The notes under the pieces were generated by a model, which was not told the origin of the DNA, did no database searches, and saw only the letters and a program-made list of their open reading frames with translations. DNA of 40,000 bases from an uncultured Desulfovibrio sp. (GTDB lineage: Bacteria > Desulfobacterota > Desulfovibrionia > Desulfovibrionales > Desulfovibrionaceae), in the NCBI GenBank assembly GCA_964576895.1, contig CAZNXQ010000004.1:1-40000 (forward strand), given 5' to 3'. The translations under genes were made by a program, and so were the position numbers. Below are positions 19,601 to 26,813 of this stretch, one piece after another. Numbering within the stretch: the first letter of the stretch is position 1; every line of letters starts with the position of its first letter.

Positions 19601-19824
19601 CATTGTGCTTCATCCTGGGGGTCGTTCCCCTGGCCGCAAGCTCAGGAGCCGGCTCCGGAGCGCAGAATGCGCTCGGCACGGCCGTCATCGCGGGCATGCT
19701 TACAGCCACGGGGCTGGGGTTGTATTGCACGCCGCTCTTTTTTGTCCTGATAACGGAACTCTTCAGCAGAAAAGGGCACCGGCGGCCGGGGAATGCGGCG
19801 CTGCGGCAGACGGCGCAGGCGTAA
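16681..19824 (+). CDS. RND multidrug efflux transporter, AcrB/MexB (HAE1) family
   Basis: MAEFFIDRPIFAWVIAILIML..LPVAQYPEI N-terminus, 1047 aa, and the typical 12-TM/large-loop layout (..DDAIVVVENVER.., ..AKNAILIVEFA..). ATG at 16681 follows GAGGTG. Confidence 0.92.
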   Translation: MAEFFIDRPIFAWVIAILIMLAGAICLRSLPVAQYPEIALPQIGIYGTYPGAAAKTVDQSVVQVIEQQMNGIDHLIHMRSSSDSSGNIEMFFTFASGTDSDAAQVQVQNRLQQAMPQLPEAVQRQGIQVYKAVENSFMVIAFYADDASISSDTISDYVASNVREALGRVQGVGSTTLYGGQNAMRIWLDPEKMRQFALNPQDISQAVREQNAQVTGGQVGGAPAPSGQEVSYTVNAASRLETVEDFANIRLKILENGSVLRLRDVARVELGSENFTGGTWYNGHPGVGLAIKLATGANVIEATKNIKAEMKELSRFFPPWLRYAYADDRAPIVEKSIAAVQRTLVEAIVLVVAVMFVFLQNFRATVIPTITVPVVVLLLGVFAVLQAAGFSINTLTMFGLVLAIGLLVDDAIVVVENVERLMLVERLSPREAAVRSMRQITGALIGVAAVISAVFVPMAFMGGSTGVIYRQFSLTIVSAMLLSVIVAIVLTPALCATMLDARAHACRNGVFGAFNELLDRSTRRYVIGVRRMFRARKRWLAAYALLVAVSGALFLQLPSAFLPDEDQRLLLVDVQLPPGATFERTERILAEIDAWFRTEENDAVKSVLTVMGWGFSGTGQNSAMVIPMLRDWSERGSSQSAFAVRERAAERLSAIPGAEIFVLTPPAVLELGNSSGFELELMDRGNLGHAALLAAREQLLAGASRRPEIASARYSGMEDSEQYELAIDTDKAGAFHLSKGDINGAISGYWGSEYINDFSDKGRTKKVFMQAAPEFRTNIQDFERYYLRNGRGEMVPFRNFLTARSLMASPKLTRFQGLPSLKIEGEAAPGKSSGQAMDAMAQAAGELPEGFGFAWTGLSWQEMTSGQQAPFLYLLSLLAIFLCLAALYESWSVPLAVLLTAPTGIIGAVAGMYLRGMNNDIYFQIAILTIIGLSAKNAILIVEFARQLHKGGEDLIRATAEACRLRLRPILMTSLCFILGVVPLAASSGAGSGAQNALGTAVIAGMLTATGLGLYCTPLFFVLITELFSRKGHRRPGNAALRQTAQA

Positions 19825-19830
19825 TGCGGC

Positions 19831-21534
19831 CTAGACGTCGCTGATGCGCTCGTCCGCTCCCACCTCATTGCCGGTGAGGGTGCGGATCCAGTCCCTGATG
19901 GCGGCGTGGGCCGCCGGGCGCTGCTGCCGCTTCTTGTGGCGCATGGCCTCGTCGGCTCTTGCCAGGACATCGCTCATGCGCTCCTCCCGGCTTTCGGCGC
20001 AGGCCACGGCAAAGGCCGCATAGACGGGGAAACGGCCCTGCTGGCTGTTGTATTCCGCAAAGCGCGCCTCGATCTTGGCGAGGAGCTTCTCCCCGCGCGA
20101 CAGCGGACAGCGCGGCAGGAACACGAGAAACTCATCGCCGCCCATGCGCGCCACGCAGTCCGAGGCCCGCAACGAACCGCGCAGCAGGCTGGCCGCCTTG
20201 GTCAGCAGTTCGTCGCCAAAGGCGTGACCAAGATTGTCGTTGATCATCTTGAGGCCGGTCACATCGCCCGCGATGAGGCAGACCGGGCGCACGCCGTTCT
20301 GTTCCGCATGCTCCATCTCCAGATTGCAGAAGGCCCGGCTGCGCAGGCCGGTGAGCATGTCGCGGCGGACAAGCTCTTCCAGCCGGTCGCGTTCGGCCTG
20401 GGCCGTGGTGATATTGGTGATGGAACCCACAAGGTGGCCGGCGGTGCCGTCGGCATCGCGCCAGATGACGCAGCTGCGGTCAAAAAGCCAGGCCCAGCCG
20501 CCATCGGCGCGGCGCATGCGGTAGGTGCACTCAAAGGTGTCGCCGTGTTCGGGGGAGCTGATGACCGCCTTGTGGAGGGCCAGGACCTTGTCGCGATCAT
20601 CGGGATGGATGCGCTCCCGCCACTGCTCCACCGAGGCCGGCCCGCTCTCCTGCGCATCGCCCAGCATGGCCCGGTAGCGCGGGCAGAAAAAGACCAGGCC
20701 GCTGCGCGTGTCCCAGCTCCATTGGCCGCAGCCCATGACGCTCAGGGCCTGGGCGAGGCGTTCCTCCTCCGGGGGGAGGATGCCGCACGGCGCCAGCTGC
20801 GCGGGCGTGATGATGCCGCCCATGAGGACGATGCGCCCGTGCGCGTCCCGCTCAAGCACCGAGGCGCGGATGAGCATGGGCGCATAGCTGCCGTCGGCCT
20901 GACGCAGACGCAGAATGTCGGTGATGCTGTCGCCGGTGAAGTCGCCGCGCATGAAGAGTTCATAGTGGCGGCGCAGGGCCTCGCGTTCGGCGGGATGCAC
21001 ATCGGCGGTGCCGGTTTCAAAGTCCAGGGCGCGCAGGGGCGGCGTGCCGCCGGAAAAGCCGTTGCAGGCGGCATCGCGCCAGATGCGGCCGTCAAGGGGG
21101 GAATAGAGCCAGAGGCCGAATTCCGGGAGCACGCGGTTTCCCCTGCCGCCGCGCGGGCGCCTGCCCCCCTGCTGGAGGCGCGTCACCTCAAGGCGGCAGA
21201 GCACGCGCGTGGCGTTGCCCGCGGCGTCGCGCGCCAGCACCAGCGGGTGTTCGCGGATCCAGAGCTGGCCCAGACGATAGTCACAGGCCGGCGGGGGGCC
21301 GTCCATGGTGCCGCAGGCCCGCGCGCGGGCCATGACAAGGCCCCGCGCGGCGTCAGGGTCCATCAGGCCCAGCAGGCCGGCCATGGTGGCAGGTGACGTG
21401 GCAAGATCGAGCGCGGCGCGCGCCCCCCGGCTGAGGTGGAGGGTATCCGAGGCGAGATCCCATTCCCAGAGCGGCTCGTCGGAATCCGGCAGGCCCATGC
21501 ACATGGGCGGAGGGGAAACGTTGGCTTCGGGCAT
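19831..21534 (-). CDS. PAS-domain diguanylate cyclase (GGDEF with RxxD I-site)
   Basis: The C-terminal GGDEF domain (..GLKMINDNLGHAFGDELL.., RASDCVARMGGDEFLVFL) carries an RxxD motif 5 residues before GGDEF. PAS-like repeats lie upstream (..WSWDTRSGLVFF..IHPDDR..). The start is uncertain: Met28 at 21534 is used, and 21615 is possible. Confidence 0.8.
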   Translation of the reverse strand: MPEANVSPPPMCMGLPDSDEPLWEWDLASDTLHLSRGARAALDLATSPATMAGLLGLMDPDAARGLVMARARACGTMDGPPPACDYRLGQLWIREHPLVLARDAAGNATRVLCRLEVTRLQQGGRRPRGGRGNRVLPEFGLWLYSPLDGRIWRDAACNGFSGGTPPLRALDFETGTADVHPAEREALRRHYELFMRGDFTGDSITDILRLRQADGSYAPMLIRASVLERDAHGRIVLMGGIITPAQLAPCGILPPEEERLAQALSVMGCGQWSWDTRSGLVFFCPRYRAMLGDAQESGPASVEQWRERIHPDDRDKVLALHKAVISSPEHGDTFECTYRMRRADGGWAWLFDRSCVIWRDADGTAGHLVGSITNITTAQAERDRLEELVRRDMLTGLRSRAFCNLEMEHAEQNGVRPVCLIAGDVTGLKMINDNLGHAFGDELLTKAASLLRGSLRASDCVARMGGDEFLVFLPRCPLSRGEKLLAKIEARFAEYNSQQGRFPVYAAFAVACAESREERMSDVLARADEAMRHKKRQQRPAAHAAIRDWIRTLTGNEVGADERISDV

Positions 21535-21711
21535 GGGCCCCCCAGGTCTTGCGGCGGCCGCCAGAGACGCCGGACCGGCCACCGCCGGACGCGCCTGGCA
21601 TCTTCCTTTGGGCAAGGATAGCGGAGGAGGTGGCGTCTGGCAAGACGAAGGCGCCGTTCCGGTGCCCGCGTCACCGCCGCGGCGACGGGCGCCCCCGAAA
21701 ACGGTGGGGGT

Positions 21712-22149
21712 TCAGGCGTTGCGCGTCTCTTCCCCTTCTTCCTCGTCTTCGGATTTGAGGTATTTCAGCAGCTCCCGGTCATGCCCGATGATATGCCTGT
21801 TGAGCCATTTCTCGCACACGTTCAGGAACAGGGTGATGGTTTCGTCGGAATAGTTGGCGCTCTCCATCTGCGAATAGAGGCGCGGAACGATCTTGTCGCG
21901 CATGCCATCGTGGATGGATTTGTGCATCTCGTAGTCCCTGAAGCCGATGGAGAGCATGTATTGCTCCTCATCATGGAAGTGCTTCAGGACGTATGTTTTC
22001 AGGTATTTGACGGCTTCGGCGGCGGCCCATCTGGTGTTGCCCCCGACACGTATCATCTTGTGCAGCCTGTTGATGACGCGGAAAATTTCCTTGTGGGCGT
22101 TGTCGATGCTTTCCACACCGACTTCATAGCGTTCGTGCCATTCCAGCAT
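21712..22149 (-). CDS. Hemerythrin-like (bacteriohemerythrin) protein
   Basis: MLEWHERYEVGVESIDNAHKEIF.. plus the His/Glu/Asp ligand pattern (HFHDEE, HKSIHDG, HIIGHD). GAGGG precedes the ATG at 22149. It is directly upstream of, and co-oriented with, the GGDEF gene. Confidence 0.8.
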   Translation of the reverse strand: MLEWHERYEVGVESIDNAHKEIFRVINRLHKMIRVGGNTRWAAAEAVKYLKTYVLKHFHDEEQYMLSIGFRDYEMHKSIHDGMRDKIVPRLYSQMESANYSDETITLFLNVCEKWLNRHIIGHDRELLKYLKSEDEEEGEETRNA

Positions 22150-22289
22150 GGATCCCTCGGAAGCGGCAGGGGCCGGGAAAAAGAGAAAAGCGGGGAGAGA
22201 CGCTTTCCCCCCTACCACGGGGGAAACAGAGCGTCAAGCAGGGCCGGGATTTTGCGGCGCTTTCGCGTCAGGCGTCCCGCGAGACGTCA

Positions 22290-22310
22290 CTAGAGCATTT
22301 TGCGATTGAA
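22290..22310 (+). repeat. Left fragment of structured repeat copy A; ends in the attL core GCGATTGAA (22302-22310)
   Basis: CTAGAGCATTT matches the left terminus of the intact copy at 36806. GCGATTGAA is repeated at 31610-31618. Confidence 0.6.
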
Positions 22311-22336
22311 GTTACTCAAACAGTTTCAGAAAATCC

Positions 22337-22385
22337 AAGTATGTCCAGTTAGCATGTTATTTCAGCATGTTAACTGGACATACTT
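22337..22385. repeat. 20-bp imperfect inverted repeat just inside attL
   Basis: AAGTATGTCCAGTTAGCATG (22337-22356) and CATGTTAACTGGACATACTT (22366-22385) match at 19 of 20 positions, with a 9-nt loop. Confidence 0.7.
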
Positions 22386-22649
22386 GTCTTATGCCATCCA
22401 CCAAAATCCCTCTGAATCCGGAAAATCCGTTGGTAGACATGCTGGTAGTCTTTTGGTAGGTCAGAGCCGTCGATGATGGCATTTCCCAAGGCCGGACAGT
22501 GCGCCCCCGCCCCGGGGAAATCGGGAGGAGTGATTCCTCCCGCTATCGGCATATTTTCTGTAATCCATTGTGGTAAAAGTATTTTTCAGAAATATGCTGG
22601 TAGCAGTTAGTCCACCCGTACCAAAAAACACCACTCTGGAGGTGGATGG

Positions 22650-24035
22650 ATGAAACTGACCGACACATTCATACGGCATGTCGCGGCCAACGGCAAGGTT
22701 CAGAAGCACTCGGACGGCGGGGGGCTGTTCCTCTATGTCACGCCCACGGGCAAAAAGTCATGGCGGTTGGCGTACCGCTTCGCGGGCAGGCAGAAGCTCA
22801 TTTCCCTTGGGCCGTATCCGTCCGTGAGCCTGCGCGAAGCGCGGGAAAAGCGGGAAGACGCCAAAAAGCTGCTGCGGGAGCATATTGACCCCAGCCAGGC
22901 ACGACGGCAGGCCAGAGAAGCGGCGGCGGAAGCGGCCCGCAATTCCTTTGAGGACGTGGCGCGGGAATGGCATGCCAAGTATTCGCCAAAGTGGGTTCCT
23001 TCATACCGGAAAACGGTCATCCGCATCCTGGAGGAAAACCTCTTCCCCTATGTGGGCAAACGTCCCATCAACACCATCACGTCAAGGGAGTTGCTGACCG
23101 TTCTTCGGCGGGTGGAGGAACGGGGCGCGCTGACCATTGCCCACAAGGCGTTGCGTGATACCGGACGGATATTCCGCTATGCCGTTGTTACCGGCAGGGC
23201 GGAACACGACATTGCCGCCGATTTGCGCGGCGCGCTCGCCCCTGCCGCCAACGGCCATCATGCGGCCATTACCGACCCCGCCGGCGTGGGTGAACTGCTG
23301 CGTAACATTTACGCCTATGAGGGAAACTTTTTCATCTCCCGCGCCCTGCGTCTTGCGCCATTGGTGTTCGTCCGGGGCAATGAGCTGATCCGCGCGGAGT
23401 GGGCGGAAATCAATCTTGAGACGGCGGAATGGCGCATTCCGGCGGAACGGATGAAGATGAAGCAGATCCATATGGTGCCGCTCTCGCGGCAGGCCCTGGC
23501 GATTTTCCGGGAACTGCACGAGAAAAGTGGCGAAGGACGTTTTGTCTTTCCGGGCAGCCGTGTGGGAAACGACGACCCCATGTACAGGGGAGGCCCGCTA
23601 CGCGTTCTGCGGCAAATCGGCTGCGCCACCGGCGAACATACCTTTCACGGCTTCCGATCCATGGCGTCCACGCTCCTGAACGAGCTTGGCTATAACTCGG
23701 ACTGGATAGAGCGACAGCTTGCCCACTGCGAACGCAACGGCGTCCGCGCCGCGTACAATTATGCCGAGTATCTGCCGGAACGGCGGCGCATGGTTCAGGA
23801 GTACGCTGACTATCTCGACAGTCTGCGAGTGGCATCTGACAGTGCCGGAGCGGAAAAACAGAGCGACAAGCCGGAAGACGTTTTCAGAGAAATGAACACC
23901 GATGTCGCCATCGGGAAGAGAGACGAGCGCGCCCAAATCACGGAAAAGGACACGGGCTGGAGCGAGGCGTATCGGGAGAAACTGCGGGCCGCCGGGTATG
24001 ACGGCATGGACATTCTGCAAGCTTGGTACGGGTAG
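22650..24035 (+). CDS. int: Tyrosine recombinase, P4/CP4-57-type integrase (N-terminal DUF4102-type arm-binding domain)
   Basis: MKLTDTFIRHV..GGGLFLYVTPTGKKSWRLAYRFAGRQKLISLGPYP is the typical N-terminus. Catalytic region: FHGFRSMAST.., LAHCE.., VRAAYNYAEY. GGAGG lies 7 nt before the ATG. Confidence 0.92.
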   Translation: MKLTDTFIRHVAANGKVQKHSDGGGLFLYVTPTGKKSWRLAYRFAGRQKLISLGPYPSVSLREAREKREDAKKLLREHIDPSQARRQAREAAAEAARNSFEDVAREWHAKYSPKWVPSYRKTVIRILEENLFPYVGKRPINTITSRELLTVLRRVEERGALTIAHKALRDTGRIFRYAVVTGRAEHDIAADLRGALAPAANGHHAAITDPAGVGELLRNIYAYEGNFFISRALRLAPLVFVRGNELIRAEWAEINLETAEWRIPAERMKMKQIHMVPLSRQALAIFRELHEKSGEGRFVFPGSRVGNDDPMYRGGPLRVLRQIGCATGEHTFHGFRSMASTLLNELGYNSDWIERQLAHCERNGVRAAYNYAEYLPERRRMVQEYADYLDSLRVASDSAGAEKQSDKPEDVFREMNTDVAIGKRDERAQITEKDTGWSEAYREKLRAAGYDGMDILQAWYG

Positions 24036-24142
24036 CGAAAGAGTCCGGCCTGTGCGGAATCCGTGGCCGTTTCTGTGCCGCTCTCCGCCCTGACAGCAAA
24101 TCAAAAGCCTGAAACCTGGCGGCGGGGTTGCACTTTTCCTGA

Positions 24143-24361
24143 CCTCGCCGTCCCCTTTTTCTCTTCGCTGGACACTTCTTCTCCCTCCGCCGCTTCGCTG
24201 AGGAAAGCACATGGTGGCAGGGCTGCAAAGACGGACGTTATCCCAAACCCATAAAGTTGGGGCCACGCACAACCGTCTGGCGGTCAGCGGACATTTCCGC
24301 CCTCGTCAGGGGACTTTCCGGCCAGAACATAACAGGGGAAAATACCGAATCACAGGACTGA
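24143..24361 (+). pseudogene. Degenerate AlpA/excisionase-family (HTH_17-like) remnant
   Basis: This open frame translates to ..ESTWWQGCKDGRYPKPIKLGPRTTVWRSADISALV... It aligns without gaps to the AlpA C-terminal consensus as I recall it (..RSTIYRLMKEGKFPKPVKLG.R.V.W...EI..W). However, there is no ATG/GTG/TTG between the upstream in-frame stop (24140) and the motif, and the N-terminal helix region looks shortened. Confidence 0.4.
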
Positions 24362-25163
24362 AATGCCTTTCCCCTCTGACCGGTTTCCCAAACGCGGCGC
24401 GACCAGGGTATGAACCTTGACCGCGCCGCTTTCTTTTTGCCTCATGCACAATTTTCCGCTATGGTTCCCGAAAAACGGACGAACAAAACAGCCCATTCGC
24501 TTGCCGCAAATGATACGGCTTTTTCCCGAAAACGGGGCGGGTTCTTCGTGGCAGGATGGGGGGTGTGCTACGCACAGCCCCTCATCCTGCCAAAGGCTTC
24601 GCCTCTGGACTCCAAAGAGCGTTCGGCGCTTCGCTTCTCACGCTCGCAAAAAGGCAGGAAAGGCAAAAACGGGAAAGGAATGGGAAGAACTGGAAAGGCG
24701 ACCAAAAAACGCCGTGAAGCGGCCACGGCGAGTCTTGCTTCGCACGGGTTTTCCATATTGAACATTGCCCGGCATTTCCTGAAAGACCAGGAGAAGAAAA
24801 AGAACGGCGTTGCGGGACAGACAAGATCAAGCGAAAACGAGGCATATCTGATTGTTCCCGTGGGGGGCAAGAAGCGAGAGTTCGGCCCCGCCGTATGCTG
24901 TCTACCGGGAAATGGTCAAAAGGCGTTTCCCGAAACAGATGGACGAATCAAGGCTGAAGCGGTCATTGCTCTGTACATGCGCTGTGCCGGATAGACGCCG
25001 CAGGAGATAGCCAACGAAGTATTCAGACACACCCCCGCCCCAAGGGCAAAAACGCAAAACGGATAGACTATGGCCGCAAGGCGCGGCTGGTACACTTGTT
25101 TCCTCCTTATGGCTACCGTGGCTATATGGGCATACCAACCTCAACCATTCGCAGGAGTGATAT

Positions 25164-25919
25164 ATGGCTTCCATTTTCGATGTGTTTGGCAACGGCTCCG
25201 TGGGATCAATATTGAATACATTAGCCAGACAAGCTGGCTCAATGGCCAGCCAGGCTGGTTCTGCAACATCTGATTTTACGCGCAAGGTGCCTGGCGGTGT
25301 GGGTGGTCTTCTTGGCGCGGGCGCTTTGGGCGCATTGCTTGGGAATCTGGCATCAACAGATGTTCTTAAAAATGTCGGCTTGGTCGGCGCAGGTGCGGTT
25401 GCCTGGAACTTTTATAAAAAGTGGGCTGCCAAACAGGAAGGCCAGCAGGCGCAGACAACCAGGGGAGCTACATACGGGGAAAGCTCATGGCCGATCCAAG
25501 CATCAACAGCAGCACCATCTGAAGAAATGGTTGTGATGCAAATTGACCCAACATCCGAGTTGATTATGCGTTGCATGATTTATGCTGCAAAGGCGGACGG
25601 CAACATTGATGCTTCAGAGAAAACTCGCATAAACGCCATTTTAAAAAATATGATGGGCGGAAAAGACGTATCCGCGCTTCTTGCAAAAATGGAAGAAGAA
25701 ACTATTGACCCTTCAAAAATTGTCGCCGCCGCCCTGCCCCAACAGGCTGATGACATCTATCGGCTTTCCTGCTCTGTAATTGACATAGATCATTTTATGG
25801 AGCGTGGTTATCTGGATGCACTGGCTAATGCTCTGCATATTGCGCCCGCTATGCAGCGTGAAATTGAAGAAGAAGCCGGAGCGGCACGCAAGCAACTTGC
25901 CGCTTACATTGAAAGTTAG
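25164..25919 (+). CDS. DUF533 / TerB-like (YebE-family) membrane protein
   Basis: Gly/Ala-rich N-terminal region with a hydrophobic segment (GGLLGAGALGALLGNL..VGLVGAGAVAW), and a C-terminal TerB-like helical domain (..MIYAAKADGNIDASEK..IYRLSCSVIDIDH..ERGYLDALANAL). AGGAG precedes the ATG. Confidence 0.75.
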   Translation: MASIFDVFGNGSVGSILNTLARQAGSMASQAGSATSDFTRKVPGGVGGLLGAGALGALLGNLASTDVLKNVGLVGAGAVAWNFYKKWAAKQEGQQAQTTRGATYGESSWPIQASTAAPSEEMVVMQIDPTSELIMRCMIYAAKADGNIDASEKTRINAILKNMMGGKDVSALLAKMEEETIDPSKIVAAALPQQADDIYRLSCSVIDIDHFMERGYLDALANALHIAPAMQREIEEEAGAARKQLAAYIES

Positions 25920-25927
25920 GAAATCAA

Positions 25928-25973
25928 TGTATTAAACACTCCACAGATTAAATCCTGTGGAGTGTTCAATACA
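25928..25973. terminator. Long hairpin between the convergent DUF533 and Fe-S membrane genes
   Basis: TGTATT-A-AACACTCCACAG, loop attaaatc, CTGTGGAGTGTT-C-AATACA gives 18 paired positions with one mismatch. There is no clear U-run on either side. Confidence 0.45.
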
Positions 25974-26007
25974 TAGTACACAAATCGAGACAAGAGATAC
26001 GGTGAAG

Positions 26008-26604
26008 TCAGGAAGCGTTTATTGAAACCTTGCTTCTCCTGTGGCGAAGCTGACATATCCACTGCGTCATGGTGCCCATAGGGCAGAAGGCGCACCAGGT
26101 TCGCGGCTTGTACAGCGCCATCATGACGAGGCCCAGGAGAAAGGAGGTGAGCATGATGCTGTAAAAACCGAAGCTGAATTGGGCCACCCATTTCGGTACG
26201 GATGTTTCCGTATATGCCCAGTGCCAGGGGAGCTGGAATGTCCAGAACAGGCTGACGGTCTGGCGCAGAGACGTTGCTCCAGCCCCCACCAGCCACGTCT
26301 GAAAGAGCATATTCCCAAAGACCGCCAGGAAGAAAAACAGAAAACCATATCTGAACCAGCGGGAATACAACCACGCAGGCGTCGGTCTGTTGCGTGAATA
26401 CTTCAGCTCATGGCCGAGCTTCATGCACAACTGGCCGCGCCCGCAAAAATGATTGCAGAACAGCTTGTTCCCCCCGAAGATGGCGAAGCCAAGCGGTACA
26501 AGGAAGTCGATCATTCCCAGCCAGGCGAAGAGGATATTGAAGAAGCCCAGGCTGAAATACAGGATCGTCCATATCCACAGATAGTCATACCAATGTCGCT
26601 TCAT
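26008..26604 (-). CDS. Polytopic membrane protein with CxxxC/CxxCP motifs (Fer4_5 / NapH-MauN-like membrane core)
   Basis: There are several hydrophobic helices. Cysteine motifs FCNHFCGRG and WCAFCPMGT fall at loop positions, as in the NapH/MauN/RdhC-type family. An ATGA overlap with the upstream ferredoxin gene is present (26601-26604). Confidence 0.7.
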   Translation of the reverse strand: MKRHWYDYLWIWTILYFSLGFFNILFAWLGMIDFLVPLGFAIFGGNKLFCNHFCGRGQLCMKLGHELKYSRNRPTPAWLYSRWFRYGFLFFFLAVFGNMLFQTWLVGAGATSLRQTVSLFWTFQLPWHWAYTETSVPKWVAQFSFGFYSIMLTSFLLGLVMMALYKPRTWCAFCPMGTMTQWICQLRHRRSKVSINAS

Positions 26605-26813
26605 TGGGCGTCCCGCCTTTGCCTTTCCACAAGTTCAATGCAGTTTGCCGGACACAATGCGGCGCACCTCCCGCAGCCGACACAGGCGTCGGCCCTGATT
26701 TCGGCCCAGCAGCCATGCACGACTGTAGCGGCATGGCGCGGGCAAACGCTTTCACAGGTGCCACAGGCGACACAATTTTTTTGATTGACCACGGCATGAC
26801 GTCTGGATGGCAT
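26601..26813 (-). CDS. 2x[4Fe-4S] ferredoxin (70 aa)
   Basis: CVACGTCESVCP and CVGCGRCAALCP motifs. The start overlaps the DUF134 stop (TGATG at 26811-26815). Confidence 0.8.
   Translation of the reverse strand: MPSRRHAVVNQKNCVACGTCESVCPRHAATVVHGCWAEIRADACVGCGRCAALCPANCIELVERQRRDAQ

Noticed and set aside
19822-19833. A 6-nt gap between the convergent stops of the RND gene (TAA at 19822-19824) and the GGDEF gene (stop at 19831-19833) as a possible regulatory overlap.
   Set aside because: No hairpin or conserved motif is visible. This is most simply a compact convergent junction. It is mentioned under the efflux finding but not treated as a feature.
22150-22650. An expected tRNA/tmRNA gene at the integrase-proximal island junction (31450-31760 was also checked).
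   Set aside because: I found no GTTCGAATC-type T-loop, acceptor-stem pairing or CCA-proximal structure by eye. The junction is instead explained by the repeated-element hairpin. This should still be confirmed with tRNAscan-SE.
24657-24698. GGAAAGG repeated three times (24657, 24672, 24692) as possible iterons.
   Set aside because: The spacing is irregular (15 and 20 bp) and the patch is generally purine-rich. No replication initiator or primase gene lies nearby. A short heptamer in such a context can recur by chance.
24410-24994. A 194-aa ORF (with overlapping ORFs 24417-24761, 24568-24870 and 24582-24845) in the region after the integrase.
   Set aside because: The ORFs mutually overlap in several frames, have Lys/Arg/Gly-rich low-complexity products, lack an SD and match no recognisable family. 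I treat the region as decayed or non-coding.
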